From positions 122,344 to 142,343 of the forward strand of contig JABLTG010000028.1 in NCBI GenBank assembly GCA_016618085.1: a stretch of 20,000 nucleotides of DNA, given 5' to 3'. This DNA is from Neovahlkampfia damariscottae. Lineage: Eukaryota. The notes below the pieces were generated by a model that was not told the DNA's origin, did not search any database, and was given only the letters and a program-made list of their open reading frames with translations. The translations under genes were made by a program, and so were the position numbers. Below, piece by piece: positions 9,672 to 19,864 of the stretch; the first letter of the stretch is position 1; every line of letters begins with the position of its first letter.

Positions 9672-12431
9672 ATGCCACAAAAACTTACCAAACAGAAGAA
9701 AAAAGAGCTCAAAACAAAATATGCTTCTGAGTTAGAAATTCTTCAAGGGATGGGATTTACTAATACTTCCTATTGCATTCAACTTCTTCAAAAAAAACAA
9801 GGAGATATTAACGTTGTTGCGAATGAGTTATTAATGAATCCAGGTCCAGACGAAGAATCTTCAGATGACGAAATTGAAGAATCAAAAATTATTGAAAAAG
9901 AAGGTGAATTTAAACTTGATTTTGATCAAATTGTCAAAATATCTGATACAAAAAATGGTAAGCATACTTTTCCATATTTTTGAATAAAAAATAGGAGCTC
10001 ATAAACCAGCTGATAGATTTATGCATACATCAACAATATCTGGTGAAAACCTTTATTGTTATGGAGGAGGTTTTTTTTTTTTTTTTTAAATTTCCTTAGC
10101 ATTGGACAATAACGACTTTGATGTTTTAGATATTGAAAAAAGAACATGGAGTTGTGTAAAACCAAAAGGAGATGTACCTGATGGACTTTCATCACATACA
10201 GCAGTTGAATTTAATGGAAATGTATATATCTTTGGTGGTTCAATGAAAAATGTTGAATTTTCGAATCAATTATACGTTTTTGATCCAAATCAAAACACAA
10301 TGAAAAAATTAGAATCAGCACCTTATGGAGTACTTGGTCATTGTGCATGCATTGATGAAGATAAAATGTTCGTTTTTGGAGGTCTAGTCTCATCAAAAGG
10401 TTTCATATTTTTTTTAATTCTAAACTTAATTTCAGATCCGAAAACAACAAATAAACTTCTTCAATATGACCTTTCAACTGGAGAATGGACAGAAATTGAT
10501 GTATTTGGTGATCAATTAGAATCAGTTTCATTTTCCACAATGTGTGTTGTTGGAAAACATCTTTTTATTCATGGAGGTAAAAATGAATAATTATTAATAC
10601 CAAAAAAGGTTTATCTTCAAAAAATGTTCAAACATCTTCCTTATTCAAAGTTAGTTTATTCAATTTGAATTGTGAAAAAATTAAACAAGAAAATCCAATT
10701 GAAAGATCACATGCAACATTAACTAAATTAGATGAAAATACATTATTACTTATTGGTGGATCAAGTTTATCATTAAAATTCAATACAATTCATCGTTATT
10801 TAATTGAAGAAAAATCATGGGAAATTGATGCTCCTGATGGAGATTTTCCTGAAAGATCATCACATACAGTTAGTTATTATCAACCTAATAATTTATTATT
10901 AATTCATGGTGGAGATGGAAAAAACAAAATATTCAATACATTATATTACTTAAAAGTAGAAATGAAAGGAACACCATTATTGATTAATAATCCTTCTTTT
11001 TCTGATATCATTCTTAAAATTAATGGAAAAAAGATTTATGGACATAAAGCAATGTTTTCACAAACAAATTTAAAATTAGATGAAAATGAAATTAAAATTG
11101 AAAATGTAGATGGTAATTTATTCATGAGATTAGTTAAATATTTATATGGAAAACAATTAATTGTTGAAGGAAAAGAATTATTACCTTTAATTGAATTATC
11201 AAGAAAATTTGAATTTAAAGAATTAGAAATACATGTTGTAAATCAATTACGTGAATTAACACCAATTGAAATTTTAAAAATATTACTTACAACTGAAGAA
11301 AAAGTGAGAAAAGAAACTGGAATGAGATTTTATTCAGAAGATTTAATCAAAGCACTTTGTTTTGAATATTATCAAGAGAATTATGAAGAATTTAATACTT
11401 TAGAATGTTATAAAACTATTCAAAAAGAAATGGATGAAGATTTAAGATTAGAATTAATTGTATCACCTGAAATTGAAGATGAACAACAAAGTCAAGTTCC
11501 TATTGATATTGAAAGAGTTCAAAGTCTTTGTAATCATTTATCAAAATTATCAAAAAAAAAAGAATTTTCAGATTTAAAATTAATTTCAAAAGAAGGAAAA
11601 TCATTTGATTTTCATAAATTATTATTTTTTGGTGCTCCTTTTTTAAAGAATAAATCATCCAATGAAATCAAATTTGATGATGTTGATTCAAATGTTTTAG
11701 ATATTGTTTGGAAAGTTATTTATGATTCAACTTTTGAATTAGATTCAAAATCAGAAAAGAAATTTAATAAATTTCAAAAAGATTATAATTTTGGTTTTGA
11801 ATCAAATTTAATGTTCCCTGGATCAAAATTATTAAAATCAAAATATCATAAAATATTTAGAAAATGGACTGGTTCAAAAAAAAAATGGAAATTAGTTTAT
11901 CGTGCAACAAAAGATGGTTGGGATGCAAATGATTTTAGAGAAAAAACACATGAACAAGGTCCTTCAATTGTAATGATAATTTTATCTTTTTTTATTCATT
12001 TTTTAGGTTATTATGCAATCCGAAATGGGTAATATCTTTGGTGGATATAATTGTAATTCATGGTCAAAAACAAAATCTGGATATGAATTTGATCAAAGAA
12101 TGTTTCTTTTTTCAATTAAAAGAACAAATGAAGAATCACCTGTTATTGCTAAATTAGAAGGTCCTCATCATTCAAATACATATGGTTGTTATAATTCAAC
12201 TGGATATGGTCCAACTTGGGGTGGTGGTCATGATCTTTATATTTGGTAAGTTTTTTTTATTTTCTTTTTAATTCAAGTTCAAATCCAAATACTACAAATT
12301 CTAATTATTCAAATTTTGGATATGCTTTTACATGTAATAATTTAGTATATGGATCAACTGAAGCTAATAACTTTTTGGCTGGTTCTTATAATTTTAAATT
12401 GACAGAAATGGAAGTATTTTGTGAAAAATAA
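9672..12431 (+). CDS. UBA - Kelch repeats - BTB - BTB - TLDc protein (~851 aa; introns 9958-9994, 10070-10099, 10400-10435, 10577-10608, 11970-12006, 12246-12277)
   Basis: UBA: LEILQGMGF...LLQKKQGDINVVANELL. Six GG-containing Kelch blades (e.g. HTAVEFNGNVYIFGG). BTB starts FSDIILKING..IYGHKAM and FSDLKLIS...FDFHKL. TLDc: WKLVYRATKDGW...F...GPSIVIMQSEMGNIFGGY...GYGPTWGGGHDLYI...EMEVF. Confidence 0.9.
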
Positions 12432-12482
12432 ATTCTTTTTATTCTTTGATTTGGTTGGTGTTGATTGGTTGAATAATTTGAG

Positions 12483-13421
12483 ATGAGTTTAAACGATGAA
12501 GGTAAAAAAGATTTATGTTTTTTTTTTTGAGTGTATTTTTATTAGAAGACGATGAACTTTTACAAGATCTCTATGGAGATGATGCAAAAGAAGTACAAAA
12601 TATACAAACAAAACAATTAGAATTAAAAGAACAAATTGAAAAAGCAAAAGAAGAAAAAAAAACAACTTCCATGTTTGTTTTATTTTTTTTTTAATATTTT
12701 TTTCAACAGAAAACAAGAAATGAATAATGTTTTTGAAGAAGTAAAAAAAGAAGAAAAAATAGATGAAGTGAAAGAAACTGAAGATGAAGATGAAGATGAG
12801 CTTTCAGATGAAGATGACGAAGAATTTGTTTTAAGACCAAAAGAAGAAGAAAAAGTATCCACAAATTCACTTGGTAATGTTGGAAATATAAAAATAAACA
12901 AAGAAGACGGTAATATATTAGAATCAGAAGAACAAAATGAATTTTCGGGTGAAAATTTTGTACCTGTTTCACAATTTGGTCCAAAACTAGATATTTCTGT
13001 ATTTCAAACTGATATTGATTTGTTAGAAGATAAACCTTGGAAACATCCAGAAGCAAATTTATCAGATTATTTTAATTATGGCTTTAATGAAGAATCATGG
13101 AAAATTTATTGTGCTAAAGTACTTTCTTTAAAAGATGAATATGGTGTTTACATTCAAGAAAAAGATGAAAAACAATCATCAAATATAAATTCAAGACATC
13201 GTAATTCTAAATCACCATCACCAAGAAGAAGTTATTCAAAAGAAGACAGATATTCAAAAGAAGACAGATATCCTTCTTCAAGTCATCATAGAAGAAGAGA
13301 TTCAAGAGAAAGATCAAAATCACCAAATAGTAGACACAGAAGAGGTGATTCAAGAGAAAGATATAAAAGAAGAAGAGATGACAGAGATGACAGATATCAT
13401 GATTCAAAAAGAAGGTATTAA
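12483..13421 (+). CDS. FIP1: Pre-mRNA 3'-end processing factor FIP1 (~285 aa; introns 12502-12545, 12673-12709)
   Basis: The Fip1 core is DIDLLEDKPWKHPEANLSDYFNYGFNEESWKIYC. The spliced N-terminus is acidic (EEDDELLQDLYGD) and the tail is R/S/D-rich. Confidence 0.95.
13233..13268 (+). repeat. Perfect 18-bp tandem duplication (TATTCAAAAGAAGACAGA x2; YSKEDR x2) in the FIP1 tail
   Basis: Read directly from the sequence. Confidence 0.9.
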
Positions 13422-13425
13422 ATGT

Positions 13426-15640
13426 TTATTCTACCAAATCAAATTCCAATGATTTTCTTTTTTTATTTTTCTTTTTCTTTTTTTTTGTCAATTTTTTCAT
13501 CAATTTCCAAAATCTTTTTCGACATGCAAAAAATAAAATTACAAAGAAACAGACTGTTGCTATGGTGATTATGAAAATTGTTGAAAATGAAATTAAAAGA
13601 AAAATTTGCTTTGATTCAAATTGATTTAGAGTAATTTTTGATTACAAATTCCTTTGAAAAAATAAAATTTGTTGTAGTGGTGTTGTATTGAATGTTGGTT
13701 GGTTGATAAACAGTACAAAATTTAAAATTTTGATAATCATTTTGATCATAATCTGTTGTCCAACCATCATCACATATGCAAGTAGTTTTATCTTCTGAAA
13801 TGATACCATGATTCCCACAAATAATTTTGATTGGAATTAATAAATTTATGCATTTATTTTGAATTGAATCATAACTTTGACTATTAAGATCACAAATTTG
13901 AATGGATTCACAATATCCTGTATTAGAATTTGAATAATTTCTGTATCCTTTATATTTGATTTCACAATTAACAAAGTAACATTTTGAAGAAATATATTCT
14001 TGATCATAAGTACAAGGATTATCATCAATACAGTCATATGAACAATCTAAATAGTTTAAAATGATCGTATTAAAAACTATTTTGATTTGTTGTTGTTGTT
14101 GTTGTTGTTGCTTTGTTGTTTAATATAACTCTATGTGATATTTCAATTTTACCATCTTGTACAATATCAAAATCACAATAACCTTCTTTATTCAATATTT
14201 TCTAAAATATTAATATCAAAATCACAAACCTCACTTGAGACATAAAATGATATCCTCTCAGTAGTAATTGAATCAATAAATTTGAACTTTGAACGAGATA
14301 ATTTCAAAATCTAATGAAATTTAAATATTCGAATTTACATCACAATTTGATTTAATACAACAAATTTTTGGTTGTATTTCAAAATTACCACCATTGTCTC
14401 CAATATTCATGATATCAATAAATATTATCACATATATTTCATTATATAAATATGGTAAAATTCCAGAATCCTAAAAAAATGAAAATATTTTAACCAAACT
14501 AGAATTTTAGGAATTCCAATCATTTTTATCAATTTAAAATTATCATTGTCAACAGTTAATTCAACAATCAATGTCAGTAACCCAACATCATCACATTTAA
14601 AAACCAAATTAGGATATTCTGAAATGGATGATCTTGTTTCATTCAATGGGCATTGTAAATAATATTTCATTTTTTTTTTAAAAGAGCTTAATTGATTATA
14701 AGGTGATCCATTTGATATTTCAACTAAATATCCAATAGGTAAATTACAATTCTTTTCATTCAAAAAATCTTCATTCTTCATATTAAAGATATTCGTTTTT
14801 GAGACTGTAGGAGAAAAAAATATCTTTGGAATCAATAAATCTGTTGTCATTTTGTCTTTTTCAAATACTAAATATTCATAAGAACTAAATTGAACCAAAT
14901 TATCGATAGTGAATTGAATTTCAGACTTTTGAATTACTTTTAGTAATTGTTAATCAAACTTTCATTCCAGAGATGGTGTCTTGTTTTTTTGTGGGATTTA
15001 AAATCATATATTTTTCAACATCACCTTGTGTAGCCTTGATATTCATTTTAAACTTTGTTTTTTTTTTTTTAGATTGTATTTCCTTTTACATCTATATAAG
15101 GTTGTTTTATTTGAAAATATTCATATTCTGTTGTATTATAATCTATAAAGTGAATGGTGGATTCAAATGTATTTTTTGGGCAACATTTCTTATTTACATC
15201 ATTGAATTGAATACAATTAATTCGAAAAGTCTCTGAGTTTTCAAAAATGTTTCGAAAAGAATTGACTTTTTCCAATGGATAATCTACTGATATTAATCTT
15301 CAATCAGTTACGAGTATAAATATCTTCTCTTTTGAAATTTAAAGTGATAGGTATTTGAGGTAACCATTTATGATTATTTTGGTCTTTTATAATGTCATCT
15401 TCTTTATTTTAAATTTTAATTTTAAAACTTGAGTTCAAAGAGTATTGAAATGAAAACTCTGATGCTTCTTGAATGATGACTAAAATCTGAATTTTGTTCG
15501 TACAACTGAAATTGTTTAGTTTATGGATTCTACTTGGAAAATCCATCACAAGTACTGATGGAATAACTAGGAAATATTCCTGTCATAAATATCTGGAAAA
15601 ATAAACCGAAAAATAACGACAACAAAAACTTCAACTTCAT
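13426..15640 (-). CDS. Divergent HAP2/GCS1-like (fusexin-like) type I membrane protein with a Cys-rich/EGF-like extension (~635 aa, 11 exons; introns 15506-15533, 15402-15428, 15284-15311, 15053-15089, 14926-14959, 14471-14499, 14311-14338, 14202-14229, 14047-14077, 13609-13645)
   Basis: Ten GT-AG introns give one open frame (the acceptors of introns 2 and 3 could each shift by 3 nt). Order of elements: signal peptide MKLKFLLSLFFGLFFQIF; ISTCDGFSNCTNKIQILV; PITLNFKREDIYTHYPLEKV; CCP; TIHFIDYNTTEYEYFQIKQPYIDF; YLVF; LLIPKIFFSP...NCNLPIG...NQLSSF; LLTLIVELTVD...GIPKI; Ig-like domain III (IDIMNIGDNGGNFEI..C...GYCDFDI); poly-Thr; Cys-rich/EGF (CGNHG...CICDDGW); TM helix; polybasic tail. This motif order parallels HAP2. 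Confidence 0.7.
14088..14110 (-). repeat. (ACA)n microsatellite encoding a poly-Thr linker in the HAP2-like gene
   Basis: A TGT run on the + strand translates to ATTTTTTT in exon 9. Confidence 0.85.
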
Positions 15641-15677
15641 TAAAAGAACAGTCCACCAATCACAACCAACTGAAGAG
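15641..15677. promoter_or_regulatory. 37-nt bidirectional promoter region (HAP2-like / C48 protease) with a central CCAAT
   Basis: Divergent ATGs at 15640 (-) and 15678 (+). CCAAT at 15656-15660 and a CCAAC variant just downstream. Confidence 0.6.
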
Positions 15678-16427
15678 ATGTTTATAAATTTGATTGATGA
15701 TGAAGAATCACCAAAAACTGAGAATTTAATTGAAGAAAAAAAACAAGAAACTACAAAAAAGAGGAAAATTGAAGAAGAAAAAAAAAAAAATAAAAAAAAA
15801 AAATTTATTGAAAAAGTAAAGCATCACATAGAACCACAAGAAATAAATTTAATGCAAAATGATAATTTATTAAGTGGTACTTTAGTTGAATATGTTATAT
15901 TTAAACTCACTGAAAAATATAACGAACACCAAACCATTTCAGTTGCACTATCACCATACATTAAACAATTTCAAAATGAACAAAGTGATATTGGATATTT
16001 AATGAAAAGGATATTTGAATTATCTTCCATAGATTGGAATAAAAAAGGATTGGTAATTATACCTTGGAATCTTGAAAGATCTCAACATTGGACGTTGGTT
16101 GTGATTGATTTGTCAAAAGAATTAATTTATTTTTTTGATTCTTTATCAATGAATCATTTTTATGAAGAAGTTTCAAAAAAAATTAGACTTTGGTTAAATT
16201 TATCATTCCTTGATATTCCTGAAAAAGTGACAAAATTTGAAATTTTAAATTGTACAAAAAATAAAATACATCAAAAATTTGGACAAAGTTGTGGTGCATT
16301 TATTTGCTTTTATGTTGAATTATTAACAAGAAATTTAACAATAAATCAAATTGTAAATCATAAAAAATTAAATAGTGATGATATAATGTCATACAGATAT
16401 CAAATGTATTTAAGAATAAGTGAGTAA
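15678..16427 (+). CDS. Ulp1/SENP family (peptidase C48) SUMO/NEDD8-type protease, 249 aa
   Basis: The catalytic triad motifs are present: IIPWN...QHWTLVVID (His), FFDSL (Asp), Q..GQSCGAFICFY (Gln/Cys). The N-terminus has SIM-like FINLIDDEE and a basic NLS-like stretch. Confidence 0.92.
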   Translation: MFINLIDDEESPKTENLIEEKKQETTKKRKIEEEKKKNKKKKFIEKVKHHIEPQEINLMQNDNLLSGTLVEYVIFKLTEKYNEHQTISVALSPYIKQFQNEQSDIGYLMKRIFELSSIDWNKKGLVIIPWNLERSQHWTLVVIDLSKELIYFFDSLSMNHFYEEVSKKIRLWLNLSFLDIPEKVTKFEILNCTKNKIHQKFGQSCGAFICFYVELLTRNLTINQIVNHKKLNSDDIMSYRYQMYLRISE

Positions 16428-16439
16428 ATATAAAAAATT

Positions 16440-18128
16440 TTATTCTTCTAAATTTTGGAAATATCCATGACCATCATCTTGAATTGATGAAGAAGAGACT
16501 TCAAATTTTTTTAATGTCATAAATGAAACACCAAAAACACATAATGAAGATAGAAAAATTACAAAAGTTAACATAATAATGAGTAATATCCATAACTCAT
16601 TTGTCATTCTAAATGGTTCTTTTGGAATACCAGGATTAATACCTTTCCATAAATCACCTAAATTTCCTTCATTTTCTGCATCAAACCCATATCCTCCAAA
16701 AATCCAAAAATTATTTTCATGATCAAGGAAATGATTTCCAGATTCACGTGAACTTGGTATTCCTCCTGCTTGTCTTCTTGTGCCAAATGATCCAATATCA
16801 TTTTCTTTATCTGTACCACCAGTCTTTTAAATTTATTAAATTATAAGAAGATGTGAATTACCCAAGTCCATTGATCAATTGTCATATCATATAACCAAAA
16901 ATCATTTAATTTTCCAGATAATTCTTTTGATTTTCCATTTCCTCCAAATGTCCAAATTCTATTATTTGAATCACAATAACAAAATGCATTTTCACGAGAT
17001 CCTATAGGAATTAATATTTCATTTTCTAAATACCTGGTTTATTTTTTTCACCTGGTACATTTTTATCTCCATAAACACCTGGTTCATCTGCAGTTGAATC
17101 TCCAGATACCCAAATCCAAGAACCATTTGAAAATTTCCATAAATCATTTAAGAGTTCAAAACTATTTTGTGGTTGTCTTTTTCCTGAAAATAACCAAAGA
17201 TTATCTTCAGTATCAACGAAACCACAACTTCTTTTTCGTGAACCTGGAAAATTCATTGGATTTGGAGTATTTCTTTCACCATAAACAGCTGGAAAATATT
17301 CTGAAAAAGGTGATCCACCAACTAACCTCCACATATTGTTAATAGAATCATATTGCCAAACATCTCCTAATATTTTTTCCATTGGAGCTGGATCTACTGC
17401 GTATCCTGAACCACCAAAAATAAAAACTTCGTCTTTTGAATTTATCCAACCAGTTGCCAAAGCTCTACTTCCAGGTCTTTTTTAAAAATTAAAACTTATT
17501 ATAAAATCCCAACTTGTGAAGTGGATTATATACTCTTGGTTCAATAACCATACTGTTGGTGTTGACACCTTTGTCACCAGAAACCCAAGTCCAAAGTTTT
17601 CCGTCAAACTTCCATAAATCATTTAAATATCCCAGAGTATCATTAACTCCATAACCACGTCCTCCAAATAGCCAAAGTAATCCTTTTGAATCTGTCCAAG
17701 TTACTGATGATTCTCTAGCTCCAGGCCAATTATCAGCACTTGGGACACCTTTTTCACCATAAATACCTAATTTATTTTCTCCTTTTCCAACTAATTCGAA
17801 TTTTCCTTCACTAGAATCGTATTTCCAAAAACTAAATTTTAAAAAAAAAAAATAAATTACTCGTTCATGTGTTCATAAAATTTGAAACCACCAAAAATAT
17901 AAAAATTTGAATTTTCTGATGATTTGAGAGTCCACCCTAAAGATCTTTGTCTTTGTTCAGGCATAGGTTCGTCAATCTTAGTTTTTAATTTTAAAGGAGG
18001 TGTTTGCGCCTCATTGCTACCATCATACCAAATAAAATCTAAACATGAGATCTACAGAAATTAATAATTTTTTTTTAAACAGATTGAATCAGAACAATGA
18101 AAATTAGAAGAAAAACAACACTCCTCAT
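16440..18128 (-). CDS. Membrane-anchored Kelch/galactose-oxidase-like beta-propeller protein (~507 aa; introns 18052-18080, 17832-17860, 17477-17513, 17002-17033, 16824-16861)
   Basis: Signal peptide MRSVVFLLIFIVLIQS. About six repeats of G.YG.KG....N.PG.R....W.D....LWLFGG.G....LNDLWKF...WTWVSG. C-terminal TM helix LWILLIIMLTFVIFLSSLCVFGVSF and a short tail ending GYFQNLEE. Confidence 0.88.
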
Positions 18129-18203
18129 TCAAGTAAAAGTGACCAATGATATTGAGAGGTGATTTTGTCCAATCATTTATCATCAATTTTCAATTCAATC
18201 AAA
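18129..18203. promoter_or_regulatory. 75-nt bidirectional promoter (Kelch-like / LPCAT) with two CCAAT boxes
   Basis: CCAAT at 18143-18147 and 18169-18173 between the divergent ATGs. Confidence 0.62.
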
Positions 18204-19844
18204 ATGGAAGAAGTGAAAATCAAAACACCAGAAGCAAATCCATTCAAACCAGTACATAAATGGAGCACATATGAAGCTATAAAAACCTATATTCTTGGTC
18301 CTATATTAGTTCCTATCCGACTTGTTATAATGGGTGTGTTGATGTTCATTTTGAATATGCTTTGTAGACTCTCAATCATGTTTTGGAATCCGTATTAAGA
18401 ATTTTATCACTAATATCTCAGTGAAAAGATAGATGGAAAATTACCACCTTTACCTTGGTATAGAAGAGCAATTGTCTTTGTTGCATTGCCACTTTTTCGT
18501 TCAATACTTGCAATCATGGGAATTTGGTGGATTGACGTCAAAGGAGAATTAGTTTCACGTGAAGAAACACCGATCGTGATTGCTAACCATGGAACTCCAT
18601 TTGATGGATTTGTAATGAATTGGTATGCAAAAAAAAATTGTATTCAAAATATTTCTCCACAGGTTATTATTTTCATCTCCAATAATGAGAGCGGAATCAG
18701 CAGATAATCCTATTTTAGGACCATTGTATAAAGCAGTTCAAGCAATTTTTGTTAAAAGAACAACAAAAGAAAGTAGAAAACAAGTTGTTGAAGAAATTTG
18801 TCATCGTGCTACAACACCTGGATATCCTTATTTGTTAATTTTTCCAGAAGGAACCACTTGTAATGGAACAGCTATTATTACTTTAAAAAATGGTGCATTT
18901 TATGCAGGTAAATAATTTAACAATAATTTAATCAAAAAGGAAAACCTATTCAACCTGTTTTAATGAGATTTCCTAATCAACATTGGGATCCGCATTGGAC
19001 TCCTGATGTTGTTGAATGGAAACTCTTGTTGAGAGCATTATGTCAATTTAGAACTTATTGTGAAGTTGAATATTTACCACCATATAAACCAAATGAAGAA
19101 GAAAAAAAAAATCCAACTTTATTTGCATCAAATGTTCAAAAATATATGGCTAAACATTTTGGTGTTCCTGCTACAACTCATTCTTTTCAAGATGCATTAT
19201 TATTAACTTTTTCAACAAAATATTATGAAGAATTGGAATTAAATTTCACAATTCACGATATGATTCAACAATATGGATTAAAATTTGAAAAAGATGAAAA
19301 TGATTTTGAAGAATTATTGAAAGTATTTGCATCTATTGATAAAAATAGAGATGGAAAAATTGATTTTGATGAATTTAAAAATGCAGTTATCAAATTATCA
19401 AAATATACAGAAACATCACAGAAAAAACTACAGAATGATGATTATATAAAAAAATTGTTCAAATTAATGGACATTGGTGAAAATAATTCTATTGATTTTA
19501 AAGAATTTATTATGGGTGTAAAAATGCTTGATCGTAAAGGAGTGATATCAAAAAAAGATGATTTGAGTCATGTTAAATTTGCTTTTACAGTTTTTGATTT
19601 AAATGCTGATGAAGAAATTAACTTTGAAGAATTTCAGATTGTTTTACAATTAGCAAATCCAGAAAAAGATTTTAAAACTATTTCACAAGAGTCAGATAAA
19701 TATTTTGAAGGAATTGATAAAAAAGGAATGTCATTTAAAGAGTTTCAAACTTTGTGTGAAAAAAATCCACAATTAGTAAAATCTGCATCGAATGTTGTTT
19801 TTGATCTATTGAAAAAATCAAACAATATTGTCAAAAAAAAATAA
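18204..19844 (+). CDS. Lysophospholipid acyltransferase, LPCAT1/2-like, with C-terminal EF-hands (~512 aa; introns 18392-18421, 18623-18662, 18908-18939)
   Basis: PlsC-family motifs ANHGTPFD, IFVKR, LIFPEGT and GAFYAGKPIQPV, with an N-terminal TM segment. EF-hands DKNRDGKIDFDEF, DIGENNSIDFKEF and DLNADEEINFEEF. Confidence 0.92.
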
Positions 19845-19864
19845 AATTATTTTTGTTGAAAATT

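Noticed and set aside
12513..13407. Minus-strand ORFs over FIP1
   Set aside because: They are low-complexity antisense shadows of a well-supported gene.
13846..14037. 63-aa minus ORF MTVLMIIL...
   Set aside because: It is in the wrong frame. The Cys-rich frame of HAP2-like exon 10 covers this stretch.
309..19844. Fragmented ORFs as pseudogenes, frameshifting or a reassigned genetic code
   Set aside because: Every break is explained by a short GT-AG intron under the standard code.
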